Source of the DNA: Eledone cirrhosa
Taxonomy: Eukaryota
Assembly: GCA_964016885.1 (NCBI GenBank)
Contig: OZ024743.1
Coordinates: forward strand, 97,712,001-97,776,000
Length of the DNA stretch: 64,000 bases
Reading direction: 5' to 3'
Shown: in pieces, positions 40,040 through 53,020 of the stretch
Layout of the letters: each line of letters opens with the position of its first letter
Position numbering within the stretch: the stretch's first letter is position 1
Program-made: the position numbers and the translations under genes
The notes under the pieces: generated by a model
What the model was told of the DNA's origin: nothing
Databases searched by the model: none
Seen by the model: only the letters and a program-made list of their open reading frames with translations

Positions 40040-40520
40040 GTACGCGATGAGGACCACCCACAGCCCCGGTGGACAGAATGGAGAAGGCGTTTCCCCGGAG
40101 GACGGCAAGGCGAGACGCGTTGGAAAAGCCACTCCAACTCGCGGGGCTCACACCTGCGGCTGGCCAGCTCAGCGCCTATGGTGGTGAGTAAGGAGGTAGC
40201 GCTGGGGCCGAGGACACCAGAAGTCTCCACTGCCAGGGGTACGACCGCAAACCTGTCGGAGAGCGACCGGTATTTGAGGAGTTTGGCCCCCTCATCCCGA
40301 CGTGCAGCAGAACCTGGGCCAATCGCAGACTGCACCAGCTTGCGGCTGCAGAAAGTGTCGGTGCAAGTGGCATCCCAGACGAAGGGTTTTCCACCGCGGA
40401 ACGGGAAGATAGTCACGCCATCTGGCCCTTTGCCGTCCCCTCGGTCCAGCCCCACCGGCTCGAGCTGGGAAGGGAAGTCTGCAGCGTCCAATCCATGCTT
40501 AATGACCTCGTGGCGACTAG
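40040..40520 (-). mobile_element. CRE-clade non-LTR retrotransposon 3' fragment (RLE domain)
   Basis: GC-rich island encoding RH..LEPVGLDRGDGK.PDGVTIFPF..GK..VWDATCTDT..K..KY..VPLAVETSGVLGP..WLFQRVS. Confidence 0.85.
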
Positions 40521-42327
40521 AAATAAAATATCCTTGAGAGAGAATGAACAACTTAAATGCTTCAATGAACAATAACTGTGCCATTCGTTTGGAAACGGTC
40601 AATAAACTTAAAATAACATATTTATGTAAAAGATACTTCAGCACATTACATTACTGAAATCTTGACTTTATGAAATTGATGATTTATACGATATCAATTG
40701 CTGAACCTTTTCAAGAAAACTTAGCAGAAGAAAAGGTTAGGCTAACATTTAAGCGGTAATCACCGGATTTCTTCTCAATCAGTTAACAAAGACCACTCGA
40801 CTGTGAAATCAATGTTTACGACATAAAATTGACCTTACCGTAAATACAATAGACTTTGATAGCGTGAAAGAAGAGTTTTTCCAGAACTTAACTTTCGGCT
40901 CTCAAGATTAAAATAGAAATAGCATAGTTATTACATTGAAGCTGATATGGTTTTGTAAATAGTTTTCAAACACTACATAGAAATAAAAAAAATTAAAATA
41001 TATATTTTAATCCATATTTAATGAAATTTTAAAATATATTCGTTTTGATCATTCTTTACAAGTTCTACCTCAATTGTTGTTGTTTTTTTTCTCGTTGTTT
41101 ATACGAATTGCCGTGATGATGTTGTCATTGTTGCTGGTGTTATTAATTAGCTCGTATCGAGCAAACCTGTGATAAAAAGTATACAAACAATGACTATTTT
41201 TTTATAGTATACATAGGAATATATTACTCTGTGTCGTTTTATTATCTTTTTTTTATATTCGCGTGGGGAATGTGGTTACAATTATCCATAGGTTAAAGTT
41301 GTCGTGCAGCTGGGTTATGTTTGAACTAAGGGGCCGTTTTATTTGCCAAAAATATGTCTATCTTTAAATCCTGGAACTGGGAGATCATTTTGTACAGCAA
41401 TATTTTTAATATATTTAATTTTGTTTTTTGTTTTTTAGATCTTGTTTGCAAACGGAGCTTGATTTTCAGACTTTTTCACATTATCACTGTTTTCTTCTCA
41501 ATAATTCTATATGAATTACACTTTTACCAATTAAAATATGTTTTTTGTTTTCGTCCTATACTCTGCCAAACACAGTAGAGATAACTGGTGCAGACGTAAA
41601 CATTGAATTAGCAGTTTCTATATTAAAGATATGTTTCTATATTAAAGATATGTTTATGCTTACCCAAAGATTATTTCAAATTCTAGGATGTTTTTTTCCA
41701 AACAAATGATCGATCTCTAACCGCGAAATTACGTAATCAAGACCTTAACCAAATCTCTCCCAAGAGATTATATGCCCTAACGAACGAAATTTAAAACATG
41801 TAGCTCGTTTCTTATTTTCTATCAGAATATCATTGTTATACGATGAACGCTGTAACATTTTCATTTTTCTTTACATTTCGTTTAGCACAAAACATTTTCC
41901 CTGCCTTCATTTAAGTAAATCTGTCTATTTCCGGATAATTCCTCATGTTTTAAAATATAGTCACAGAAAATTCAGAATACCGATCCTTAATCGCGGTAAA
42001 CTTGTTTCGAAAATACCAATGTAATTCTTGCTTGCAAATGAAATGATCGCGGGTGTGATGAAAGATGAGAGAAGACACAACATTGGAACATCATTTCTAG
42101 CAATAGTAGATATAAAATCTAGTCATTTAAAAGGTCGATATCAAAGCCAATACAAAGTTGACAATGGGATAATCTAAGTGCACAGTTTGCTTATGTTGAA
42201 TAAAAATACAAAAATGGATACAATAATAATAGCAACAACAAGAATGATATTAAAGTTTGAAATATAGCAGTTCCATTGATGACACAAATCATTTGATCAA
42301 TATAGTATGTATAGCCGTATATGTATA

Positions 42328-42381
<54 letters not shown>

Positions 42382-42394
42382 CTTATATACATGA

Positions 42395-42700
42395 TGATAT
42401 GACGGATGCCCCCTCGTTATCGAGTATGGCCATTTCACGATATACCATTATTAATAATTATTAATTAATTCTATCATGCAATGCCTGTGCGTGAAGATAT
42501 TTTTTTAAAGTGAGGAAAGACTGTGCACTGAGCCAATCCCACTCTCTGAGCGACAGTAGCTATAACCCGAAAAGCAGAAAATATCAACATCATCGGTAAC
42601 TACTGAGCCGCAGGTTTTATATCGGAGTTATCCCAGTTTCCAGAGTTGCCTTCTCCTAGACGAATGCCCTGACAAAGGCTAGGGGTCCTTCACTCCCAGT
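42395..42700 (-). mobile_element. diverged short RTE-derived element (5' UTR motif plus 3' tail)
   Basis: GCCCCCTCGTTATCGAGTATGGCCAT tail and CCTTCTCCTAGA..GACAAAGGCTAGGGGTC motif, related to the 590-bp family. Confidence 0.65.
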
Positions 42701-43560
42701 GGTTTAACCGCGCGGTACATGTGTACACCTTTACCTTTGTCTTCTTGCATATTTCTCGCCGACCCCAGAGTCGCCTTTCTAGCTTTCCGAAAGCATCACT
42801 TGCTTTCCTAATCTTGAGTGGGATTTCATTATCAAGATTGCTGTATCGATTGACAGTGCTCCCCAGGTAGACAAACTGATCAACCACTCCAATTCGTTTA
42901 CCATATACATAGATATTTGGTTCACTGATATTTGCTTACTAGGGGTAAGTGGTATATGACGACGGTTTTCTTGAGACTGACAGTCAAACCTAGGGCAGTG
43001 AAAGCATCAGAAAATTCATTCAAAATGTTCTGTATATCACTCTCTGTATGCGCTACAAGATCGCAGTCATCTGCATAAAAGAGGTATCTTATGATTGATG
43101 TAAATACTTTTGTTTTGCAGCAAAGCACCTGCTGTTAAATATGCTGCCCGAGGTGCGATATTGGATGTAAACACCATGTTCGCAATTCCTGAATGCAATA
43201 TAGAAAACCATTGCAAAGTATATGTCAAACAGGGTCGGTGCTGGATTATCCCCCTGTTTCACTCCATTTTTTACTGAGATGGGCTCCGACATGTTACCTC
43301 CGACATTAACCCAAGCCTTCATGTCGTCATGGAAAGACCTAACCAAAGCAAGGAACTTATCAAGGCAACCAAGTTTCTGGAGAACCTTCCATAATGCATT
43401 TCTGTTAACAGTATCGAAAGCTTTTGTCAGATCGACAAAACCTGATACAGATCCAAACCTTGTTCCATGCACTTCTCCTGGAGCTATCTAGCTGAGAAGA
43501 TCATATCAGTAGTGCCGCGTTCAGCACGAAAACCAGATTGACTTTCAGGAAGAACACAAT
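42700..43560 (-). pseudogene. RTE-clade reverse transcriptase fragment
   Basis: GFRAERGTTDMI, FVDLTKAFDTVNR, GVKQGD..APTLF, LFYADDCDL, GLTVSLKKT, FVYLGS. Frameshifted. Confidence 0.9.
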
Positions 43561-43629
43561 CTGCAATGTGTGTCAGCAGATGCATACATACATACATACA
43601 TACATACATACATACATACATACATACAT

Positions 43630-45135
43630 GGTGGCTGCCAACTCGTTTTCGAGTACGGCCACTACTTTATATCCATGTAGGAGAACCCCTACCGATGCGC
43701 TGAACGAGTGTGACTTTTTAGTCCAGCCAGCGACTTGAAAACTCTGGTACAAATACTACACCTGTGACAATTACTGGCGAATCGTGCTGGGCCCATGGTA
43801 CCATGTGACGACAAGTGCAGAGAGATCTCCAGATATAAAGCAATGCCTGTGCCGTGAAGCTTCTATAGTGAGCAAAGGCACTGCACAAAGCCAGTCCCAC
43901 TCTCTTAACCAAGATGATATTTACCAAAAAAAGAACAAGTCAACATCATTGGATACCATCAGGGTTGCAGGTGTTATATCAGAGTTTTCGTTCTCCTAGA
44001 ATTCTGCCTTGACAAAGGCTAAGGGGTCATCTCTCCCGGTGATTTTGAATGGCCATTGACTCTTAAGAGCTCCTTTGCCTTTTGACAGGTTTTGGTTTTA
44101 GTCCTGCAGGATGTCCAAAGTCACCCTCCTCACCAAGAAACCTTGGTGGGTTTGCCAGTTTAGTCGCCAACGACTCGACCATGAGACAGGTTGTACTGGG
44201 ATACATGTTACCAGTAGCACCAACTGGTGACCTGACATACATACATACATACATACATACATACATGGTGGCTGCCAACTCGTTTTCGAGTACGGCCACT
44301 ACTTTATATCCATGTAGGAGAACCCCTACCGATGCGCTGAACGAGTGTGACTTTTTAGTCCAACCAGCGACTTGAAAACTCTGGTACAAACACTACACTT
44401 GTGACAATTATCGACACATAGTGCTTTGCCTTTGGTACTATGTGACGACAAGTGCAGAGAGATCTCCAGATACAAAGCAATGCCTGTGCCATGAAGCTTT
44501 TATAGTGAGCAAAAGCACTGCACAAAGCCAGTCCCACTCTCTTAACCAAGATGATATTTACCAAAAAGAAGAACAAGTCAACATCATTGGATACCATCAG
44601 GGTTGCAGGTGTTATATCAGAGTTTTCCTTCTCCTAGAATTCTGCCTTGACAAAGGCTAAGGGGTCATCTCTCCCAGTGATTTTGGATGGCCATTGACTC
44701 TTAAGAGCTCCTTTGCCCTTTGACAGGTTTTGTTTTTAGTCCTGCAGGATGTCCAAAGCCACCCTCCTCACCAAGAAACCTTGGTGGGGTTGCCAGTTTA
44801 GTCGCCAACGACGCGACCATGAGACAGGTATTACTGGGATACATGTATATATACATATATATATATACATACATATATATATGGTGGCTGCCAACTCGTT
44901 TTCGAGTACGGCCACTACTTTATATCCATGTAGGAAAACCCCTACCGATGCACTGAACGAGTGAATACATACATATATATATATATATATATACATACAC
45001 ACACACACACATACATACATATATATATACATACATATATATATACATACATATACATATACATACATATATATATACATACATATATATATACATACAT
45101 ATATACATACATATATATATACATACATACACACA

Positions 45136-45169
<34 letters not shown>

Positions 45170-45222
45170 CATACATACATATATACATACATACATATAT
45201 ACATACATACATATATACATAC

Positions 45223-45255
<33 letters not shown>

Positions 45256-45975
45256 CATATATATATACATATACATATATACATATACATATATATACAT
45301 ACATATATATATATACATACATATATATACATATACATACATATATATATATACATACATATATATATATATATATACATATATATATACATACATACAT
45401 ATATACATATATATATGGTGGCTGCCAACTCGTTTTCGAGTACGGCCACTACTTTATATCCATGTAGGAGAACCCCTACCGATGCGCTGAACGAGTGTGA
45501 CTTTTTAGTCCAGCCAGCGACTTGAAAACTCTGGTACAAACACTACACTTGTGACAATTACTGACACATAGTGCTGGGCCCATGCTACCATGTGACGACA
45601 AGTGCAGAGAGATCTCCAGATATAAAGCAATGCCTGTGCCGTGAAGCTTTTATAGTGAGCAAAGGCACTGCACAAAGCCAGTCCCACTCTCTTAACCAAG
45701 ATGATATTTACCAAAAAGAAGAACAAGTCAACATCATTGGATACCATCAGGGTTGCAGGTGTTATATCAGAGTTTTCCTTCTCCTAGAATTCTGCCTTGA
45801 CAAAGGCTAAGGGGTCATCTCTCCCGGTGATTTTGGATGGCCATTGACTCTTAAGAGCTCCTTTGCCCTTTGACAGGTTTTGTTTTTAGTCCTGCAGGAT
45901 GTCCAAAGTCACCCTCCTCACCAAGAAACCTTGGTGGGGTTGCCAGTTTAGTCGCCAACGATCCGACCATGGGAC
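43630..45975 (-). mobile_element. cluster of RTE-derived retroposon copies (43630-44235, 44267-44846, 44883-44963, 45417-45975) separated by (TACA)n/(TA)n
   Basis: Direct sequence identity among the copies, all in the same orientation. Confidence 0.88.
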
Positions 45976-46329
45976 ATACATACATACATACATACATACA
46001 TACATACATACATACATACATGAATATTTATCAACGGACAACATCTAATATATATAAAGCATTGAGCAATAAGTGATATGTGATAAGAACTTCAGAAAGC
46101 AGGTATAATGCGAAAGAAATAGGTATATATATATATAGAGAGAGAGAGAGAGGATCTAGAGAGAGAAAACAGGAGGGATAAGTGATACATGTAGTTATTT
46201 GCCAAATAGCGTATACAAAAGGTGCTCAATACTAGTGCCGGCAGTGTTAGATATTAGATGTGTTAATATCTAGTGGGCGAGAGAGTTAGCAGAGCGTAAG
46301 TACGTGGAAAGGTAAGATATAGGAGAACA

Positions 46330-47592
46330 GACCGTTAATACATGTTTATTTAAAACAGCACCTACGTACGTTTCGCTCGGATGGGCTTCTCAAGGGCATA
46401 AATAACTAAAAAGTGTTCCTTACATGGCCCGGAAAGTGTTTTTGGAGGTAAGTTCACGTCAGAGTTCATTCTTCGCAAAAAAGCGTGTTTTGATTTTGCA
46501 GTAGGTCAAGGGAGGTAACTCTGGCCGGTGTTAGGGCAGTCTTTCCCGGACACATTTTTTATCAGTTACAAGATCTGGTTACAACCTTACCATTGTCGAT
46601 ACGCACAGGGTCAGGTAAGCAACGTTTGTTTTGAGACATTTGTTTCTGCACCTGCCCGCCTGGGCCATTTGAAGCTGGGCCTGGGATGCAGGGTTAGTTT
46701 CCGAATGTTTTATGCAGCGCCTGCCCGCCGGAGTGATAAAGCTTGTTGCAGGGAGACCCGGTATACGGTTTCACTCCTCATGCTTATCCCATCTGAAGAA
46801 GGATATTTTTAAGCGATGTGTCAGCTTATCGTCGTTTCAGCTCTGCTGTTGATGAGCTCGTGGGGTGCAGTTATGATGTGGTAGAGCTCCATGAGGCAAA
46901 GATCGCACTTTCTCTTGAAGTTCTACGGTGCAGCCCTGCCGACGATATCCCGGTGCGTGGAGAAGCTGATGTTTAAGTCTTTTAATGATGTGGTGTAGTC
47001 CGCGAGCGAAGTGGAGTGTCTGAATTTCTTATTTTTGAAAGAGTTGAGATGTATTTGAAATCTAATTTTGAACGGGCCAGAGGTAGCCCCTGTATAATGT
47101 TTAACGCTATTGTGGCTAGTTACGGTGCACCTATATATAACCCTATCAGTCAATCAGTATCCACTAAGGATGCAGCGTCCCCTGTCGCGGCAGTTGCAAT
47201 TTCGGTCACGGTCCCTTCTAATTCCCACGGTAAGGCTATCATTATTGCTATCTACGTTGTTATCTACGCTCCCGCACCTGTCGTTAGCACCATTACAACC
47301 CACTGCGCGCGGGGTGGTACCATTATTATTCCGCACGTCATGTCCTACATGTTCCCCAGTCATGTCGCGGTTATGCTGGTTGCGTCTGTAGAGGCTGTTG
47401 CCAGCACTATTGGATGCTGCTAGGGAGTCGTTAAGGCCGATATAGTTGTTGTCAGGTGTAGGTGCGTCTGTACTAAGGTGTTGTGTCTTGGTGATCTTAC
47501 TGTGATTAGTTGTTCCTATGATGTCTGCTAGGTTAGGAGTAGTAGAGAAGGATATTTTTATATTGTTCCTATTAAAGATTTTTCTATACCTA
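46330..47592 (-). mobile_element. 5'-truncated PLE, same group as 7746-10750 (GIY-YIG and 3' hammerhead)
   Basis: HRYRKIFNRNNIKISFSTTPNLADIIG; CNCRDRGRCILSG..TDRVIYRCTVTSHNSVKHYTG..FKIRFQIH..HSTSLADY..CDLCLMELYHI. Confidence 0.9.
46357..46399 (-). ncRNA. minimal type I hammerhead ribozyme, U3-A8 variant
   Basis: TGCCC-TTGAGAA-GCCC atcc GAGC-GAA ACGTACGT A-GGTGC, with one mismatch in stem II. Confidence 0.7.
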
Positions 47593-49375
47593 TGTGTGCC
47601 AGTTGTATGTTCTGTCTCCTCGGGGAGAGTCCCGTGTGTGCCAGTTGCATGTTCTGTCTCCTCAGGGAGAGTCCCGTATGTGCCAGTTGTATGTTCTGTC
47701 TCCTCAGGGAGAGTCCCGTGTGTGCCAGTTGTATGTTCTGTCTCCTCAGGGAGAGTCCTGTGTGTGCCAGTTGTATGTTCTGTCTCCTCAGGGAGAGTCC
47801 CGTGTGTGCCAGTTGTATGTTCTGTCTCCTCAGGGAGAGTCCTGTGTGTGCCAGTTGTATGTTCTGTCTCCTCAGGGAGAGTCCTGTGTGTGCCAGTTGT
47901 ATGTTCTGTCTCCTCAGGGAGAGTCCTGTGTGTGCCAGTTGTATGTTTTGTCTCCTCAGGGAGAGTCCCGTGTGTGTCAGTTGTATGTTCTGTCTCCTCG
48001 GGGAGAGTCCTGTTTGTGCCAGTTGTATGTTCTGTCTCCTCAGGGAGAGTCCTATGTGTGCCAGTTGTATGTTCTGTCTCCTCGGGGAGAGTCCTGTTTG
48101 TGCCAGTTGTATGTTCTGTCTCCTCAGGGAGAGTCCAGTGTGTGCCTGTTGTATGTTCTGTCTCCTCAGGGAGAGTCCTGTGTGTGCCAGTTGTATGTTC
48201 TATCTCCTCGTGGAGAGTCCCGTGTGTGCCAGTTGTATGTTCTGTCTCCTCAGGGAGAGTCCTATGTGTGCCAGTTGTATGTTCTGTCTCTTCAGGGAGA
48301 GTCCCGTTAGTGCCAGTTGTATGTTCTGTCTCTTCAGGGAGAGTCCCGTGTGTGCCAGTTGTATGTTCTGTCTCCTCAGGGAGAGTCCTGTGTGTGCCAG
48401 TTGTATGTTCTATCTCCTCGTGGAGAGTCCCGTGTGTGCCAGTTGTATGTTCTGTCTCTTCAGGGAGAGTCCCGTGTGTGCCAGTTGTATGTTCTGTCTC
48501 CTCAGGGAGAGTCCTGTGTGTGCCAGTTGTATGTTCTATCTCCTCGTGGAGAGTCCCGTTAGTGCCAGTTGTATGTTCTGTCTCTTCAGGGAGAGTCCCG
48601 TGTGTGCCAGTTGTATGTTCTGTCTCCTCAGGGAGAGTCCTGTGTGTGCCAGTTGTATGTTCTATCTCCTCGTGGAGAGTCCCGTGTGTGCCAGTTGTAT
48701 GTTCTGTCTCTTCAGGGAGAGTCCCGTGTGTGCCAGTTGTATGTTCTGTCTCTTCAGGGAGAGTCCCGTGTGTGCCAGTTGTATGTTCTGTCTCCTCAGG
48801 GAGAGTCCTATGTGTGCCAGTTGTATGTTCTGTCTCCTCTGGGAGAGTCCCGTGTGTGCCAGTTGTATGTTCTGTCTCCTCAGGGAGAGTCCTGTGTGTG
48901 CCAGTTGTATGTTCTATCTCCTCGTGGAGAGTCCCGTGTGTGCCAGTTGTATGTTCTGTCTCCTCAGGGAGAGTCCTATGTGTGCCAGTTGTATGTTCTG
49001 TCTCTTCAGGGAGAGTCCCGTGTGTGCCAGTTGTATGTTCTGTCTCCTCGGGGAGAGTCCTGTGTGTGCCAGTTGTATGTTCTGTCTCCTCGGGGAGAGT
49101 CCCGTGTGTGCCAGTTGTATGTTCTGTCTCCTCAGGGAGAGTCCCGTGTGTGCCAGTTGTATGTTCTATCTCCTCAGGGAGAGTCCTATGTGTGCCAGTT
49201 GTATGTTCTATCTCATCGGGAAGAGTCCCGTATGTGCCAGTTGTAAGTTCTGTCTCCTCGGGGAGAGTCCCGTGTGTGCCAGTTGTATGTTCTATCTCAT
49301 CGGGAAGAGTCCCGTGTGTGCCAGTTGTATGTTCTGTCTCCTCGGGGAGGGTTGCGTTTGTGCCAGTTGTAAGTT
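47593..49375. repeat. 42-bp minisatellite, ~42 copies
   Basis: Unit TGTGCCAGTTGTATGTTCTGTCTCCTCAGGGAGAGTCCCGTG. No indels seen, with recurring variant units. Confidence 0.97.
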
Positions 49376-49711
49376 CACTCCCTACGGATAGCTTGTCGGG
49401 TGGTAGCAGTCGTCACTTCATTGACATACAGTAGCTTTAGTTAACTCATACCTTCAATACCTTTTGTGGCACCATTACTAGCACTTTACAAAGTGAATTG
49501 GATGCATTTTATCATAGAACAAGCAAAATAACTGTTGTCACATGATCATCTAGACAGGAGAGTTGCTGTAGATCCAATACTGTCACTGTTCAATCGCCAA
49601 TCACTGTGGACTTCGGTCTCGCCTCATTTACTTTTAGTGTCACAGTGTTTGTACACGCATATGTATTTATACATATAGCATATGTAATCAAACACAAACA
49701 TATATCAGCGT

Positions 49712-49743
<32 letters not shown>

Positions 49744-50244
49744 GTGTTGGTAGTTATGTGCATTCATGCACAATAAAATTGTCAGATTAATCTAAACGTA
49801 ACGTCCGAACACATCCGAAGAAAATATGAAGCATGAAATATTTTCAATCTTTCCTAATAGAGGGGACATAGTTTCTAGTTATACAGATGAGTTCTTATAA
49901 AGATTGCATTCTTTGTCTCTATTTACTACAGAATATTGTAATTTAGATGCGAACCTATCTATGTTTTGTGAAACAAGTTAGCCATAAACACCACTAAATA
50001 TGTCTCCGTCTCTAGAGGGTTATTTTCCCGACTTGTTTTATTTCGTTAAAGCAGCATACCTTAAGCTTTTGGGAAATATATATATATATATATAATGTTA
50101 TCACTATAATTGTCATATAAATGCAATTAAGAGAAATATAACCAATTTTGATTAAATCAACATACGAAGTATTTTCTAGTAGTAGTTGACTTATTTTCCT
50201 GTTTATTTAGAGGTAATTATAATTCTTGTAAATGGAATTTGCTA

Positions 50245-50346
50245 TATCATATAGTGGATATTGTGATATGTTGATAAACTATTAAGTGATATCGATATCA
50301 TATAGTCAATATTGTGATATGTTGATAAACTATTAAGTGATATCGA
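50245..50346. repeat. 51-bp tandem duplication
   Basis: TATCATATAGT..ATATTGTGATATGTTGATAAACTATTAAGTGATATCGA occurs twice. Confidence 0.85.
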
Positions 50347-50816
50347 TGTCATTTTAAATTAGAATCATTTCTAACCCAGAAAATTAGTTCGGAGCTCTCA
50401 AAGGTTTGTTTTTCTTTTTTCGGTGAGAGGAATATACCTCAAAATAATATCCTCGAACCTTTCCAGATAACATTTCTAAATTCCAAATTGGGAGTGGGGA
50501 GAATCTTTAGACAATCATGTGAGAATTGACTCTGTTTATGCCAAATTGGTGAAGCCAACGTGTGTACTTCGTTATCATATGATCTCCCCAGCGAAGTATA
50601 TTCCTTGAGCAAGTTAACATAACTTGCGAGAATAGCTTCTTTTGTTTGCGCAGAGTGCGAGATTACTTGTACTGAACGTTCCCGTTTAGCATTTTCGCCT
50701 CTACTCATGATATGCAAAATCAGTTCATAATTCTGTTCCTCTTTCAATTATATTAACTGTTTCTCTAAGAATTAGGCAAGGTTCATTCCCATTGCATTGT
50801 TTAAAAGTATTGCAAA

Positions 50817-50877
50817 AGATTGTAGCTGTTACACATATAAAATTGATACATACTGTTATGTGTAACAGCTACAATCT
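50817..50877. repeat. perfect 21-bp inverted repeat with 19-nt loop
   Basis: AGATTGTAGCTGTTACACATA ... TATGTGTAACAGCTACAATCT. Confidence 0.9.
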
Positions 50878-52414
50878 CCTTATGGAGACTATTCTTCCCT
50901 GGTTCTAAACTCTCCATTATGTTGAAACCAACCATCATTAATTCATTTTAAAATGTTTTTTTAAGTAATGCTAAGTTTACTAATGAAAACTTATTTTATA
51001 TATTTTTCCAAATTGTTTATTATCTCAAAAATTAATAGAAACACATAGATAGTGTCGTTGGAAATACGATACGAGACGTGTTGAGCATCTTTTTAAAATA
51101 TATATTGTTGTTTTTTCTACTTAATAACTGAGTAGATTAGGGTTTTGTTTTAATGGAAGTTCAACTAAATTTATTTCACTGTAAAGTAATTTTTATGGAC
51201 ATTATACTAAAGTAGTTCAATATTAATTTTTTAATACCACGTTTTTAATGCTTCCTAATAATATCCGATGCTGACAAACACTGGGATGTTCCAGCTTTTA
51301 AATTAAGGAAGCTTGTTTTCCATAAATATTTTAACCGTTGAAATAATCTTTACATTCTCATGTAAATTAAAATCCTCCTCCACCTCTCCCCACACAAACA
51401 CATGCACTCTCTCCCACACACGTATATGCACTCTCACAGACGCACGTACACACACATACACGGAGGTATGCACACACATACACACACGCATACAATAATT
51501 GGTTATATATTTTCTCTACGTTTAATTTTTCTTATTTTGCACTATATTGAATACAAACCTTTTCTCAGTCTATATTTTGTTATCGATAATGCTTGTGCAC
51601 AGATATTTATTGTCCAATATATTTGTTCCCGTGTTTGTTGATCATCAGGCAGACATGATGAAAGTTATTCAAGCCTGTTAGTTTATCTGAAACCTCATTG
51701 TTCAACATATCCTTTAAGACTGTATGATGTGATTTAAGCGACATTTTGCTGCTATTTCCATCAGTTTACGTGACCCTGTAGAAGTTCTTTTGTTGAACAT
51801 CGACACCAGCCAACATAGACAGACAACATCTAAGGAAATATTGTTAGGCAGGAATGGAACCTTCGTCTGCGAAAAAATAATACACATTTATATATCATTC
51901 ATTTGGAGAAGTGGTATCAAGAATGTGTTATCTTTATTTCCAGACTTCAGTATTATAGTTGGTTTAAGTGATATCTGGTGTGAGTGTGTGGTATTTATGG
52001 GTTTGTGATAGGAGGTAATAGCAAGGAATAACAATATTTCTGTGATATGTATACATCAGCCCCATTATAATAAGGGTTCTAACACAGATTGAAAATACAA
52101 TTTTGGTGAAACATCAAAATAACTGATTTAAAACATAAAATATATACATATGCATTGGCACAAACATGGGTTTGTGGGGAAATTCCTATAACTAAATGCA
52201 TTTCTCCTGGTTCGTTTTCATACATCGTCATATTGGGAAACTCTATTCGATTTTGAAGTGGAATTTGGTAAACAGAAACTGTAAGACCACCACACACACA
52301 CGCACACGCATACACACACAAACAGACCTATATAATGTTTATCTGTGTGTACAATACATATCTGAATGCATGTGTGTATTTCTTAACTATTTAACATTTA
52401 AAGAAAGATTCAAG

Positions 52415-52580
52415 TGACTGAGCATTCCACAGGAGTGTGTGATAAGACTGGTATTTTGAATTGCGTGTATACCTCGTTTTTGCCAGCTAAGTGAAATGGA
52501 GCAACGTGAAATAAAGTGTCTTGCTCAAGGACACAGTGCCCCGCCGGAGATCGAACTCCCGACCATACTCACGCCTTCAC
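52415..52580 (-). mobile_element. fragment of a second SINE family
   Basis: Reverse strand has a B-box (GAGTTCGATCTCC) followed by GTGTCCTTGAGCAAGACACTT. A related piece lies at 60140-60250. Confidence 0.6.
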
Positions 52581-52829
52581 AAGTATTATAACGTAGATTT
52601 ATTAGTGAAGTATTGAACATTTCGAGATAGAGCCGTGGTTTATACTACGCCTTATATGCCTCTCTTTTCCATGCATCATCCACCCATCACTATAGTTCCT
52701 ACAACACATCTCTCGTTCTAAAAAGGATAACGAAATAAGTATTTTTCCTCACAATATTTGTCTCTATGTAATCTCTAAACAGTCAAATATGTAAAACAAA
52801 ATTTTATTATATTATTTTAAGTGTATAAC

Positions 52830-53020
52830 GGGTGGTGGATTGGCAGTATCGGTAGAGGGTCGGACGCCATGCTTTGACGCATAGAGTTACGGCCCTTTCC
52901 ATTCTGAGTTCAAATCCCGCCGAGGTTAACTTTGCCTTTCACCCTTACGAGGTCGATAAAATAAAGTACCAGTAATGCACTGGGATAATTGCTGGCCTTG
53001 TGCCAAAAGTAGAAACAATT
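52830..53020 (+). mobile_element. full-length tRNA-derived SINE with 19-bp TSD
   Basis: A-box TGGCAGTATCGGT, B-box GAGTTCAAATCC. TSD ATTATTTTAAGTGTATAAC at 52811-52829 and 53018-53036. Confidence 0.92.

Noticed and set aside
47593-49375. CRISPR-like appearance of the 42-bp array (and of the 56-bp array at 55295-55685)
   Set aside because: Units are contiguous with no unique spacers, there are no cas genes, and the context is eukaryotic.
47518-49434. 638-aa and 599-aa Cys-rich plus-strand ORFs
   Set aside because: These are translations of a 42-bp (multiple of 3) minisatellite plus the antisense of a PLE, with no independent coding evidence.
52830-52925. tRNA gene
   Set aside because: The A/B boxes belong to a SINE head with a family body, tail and TSD. 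No cloverleaf is present.
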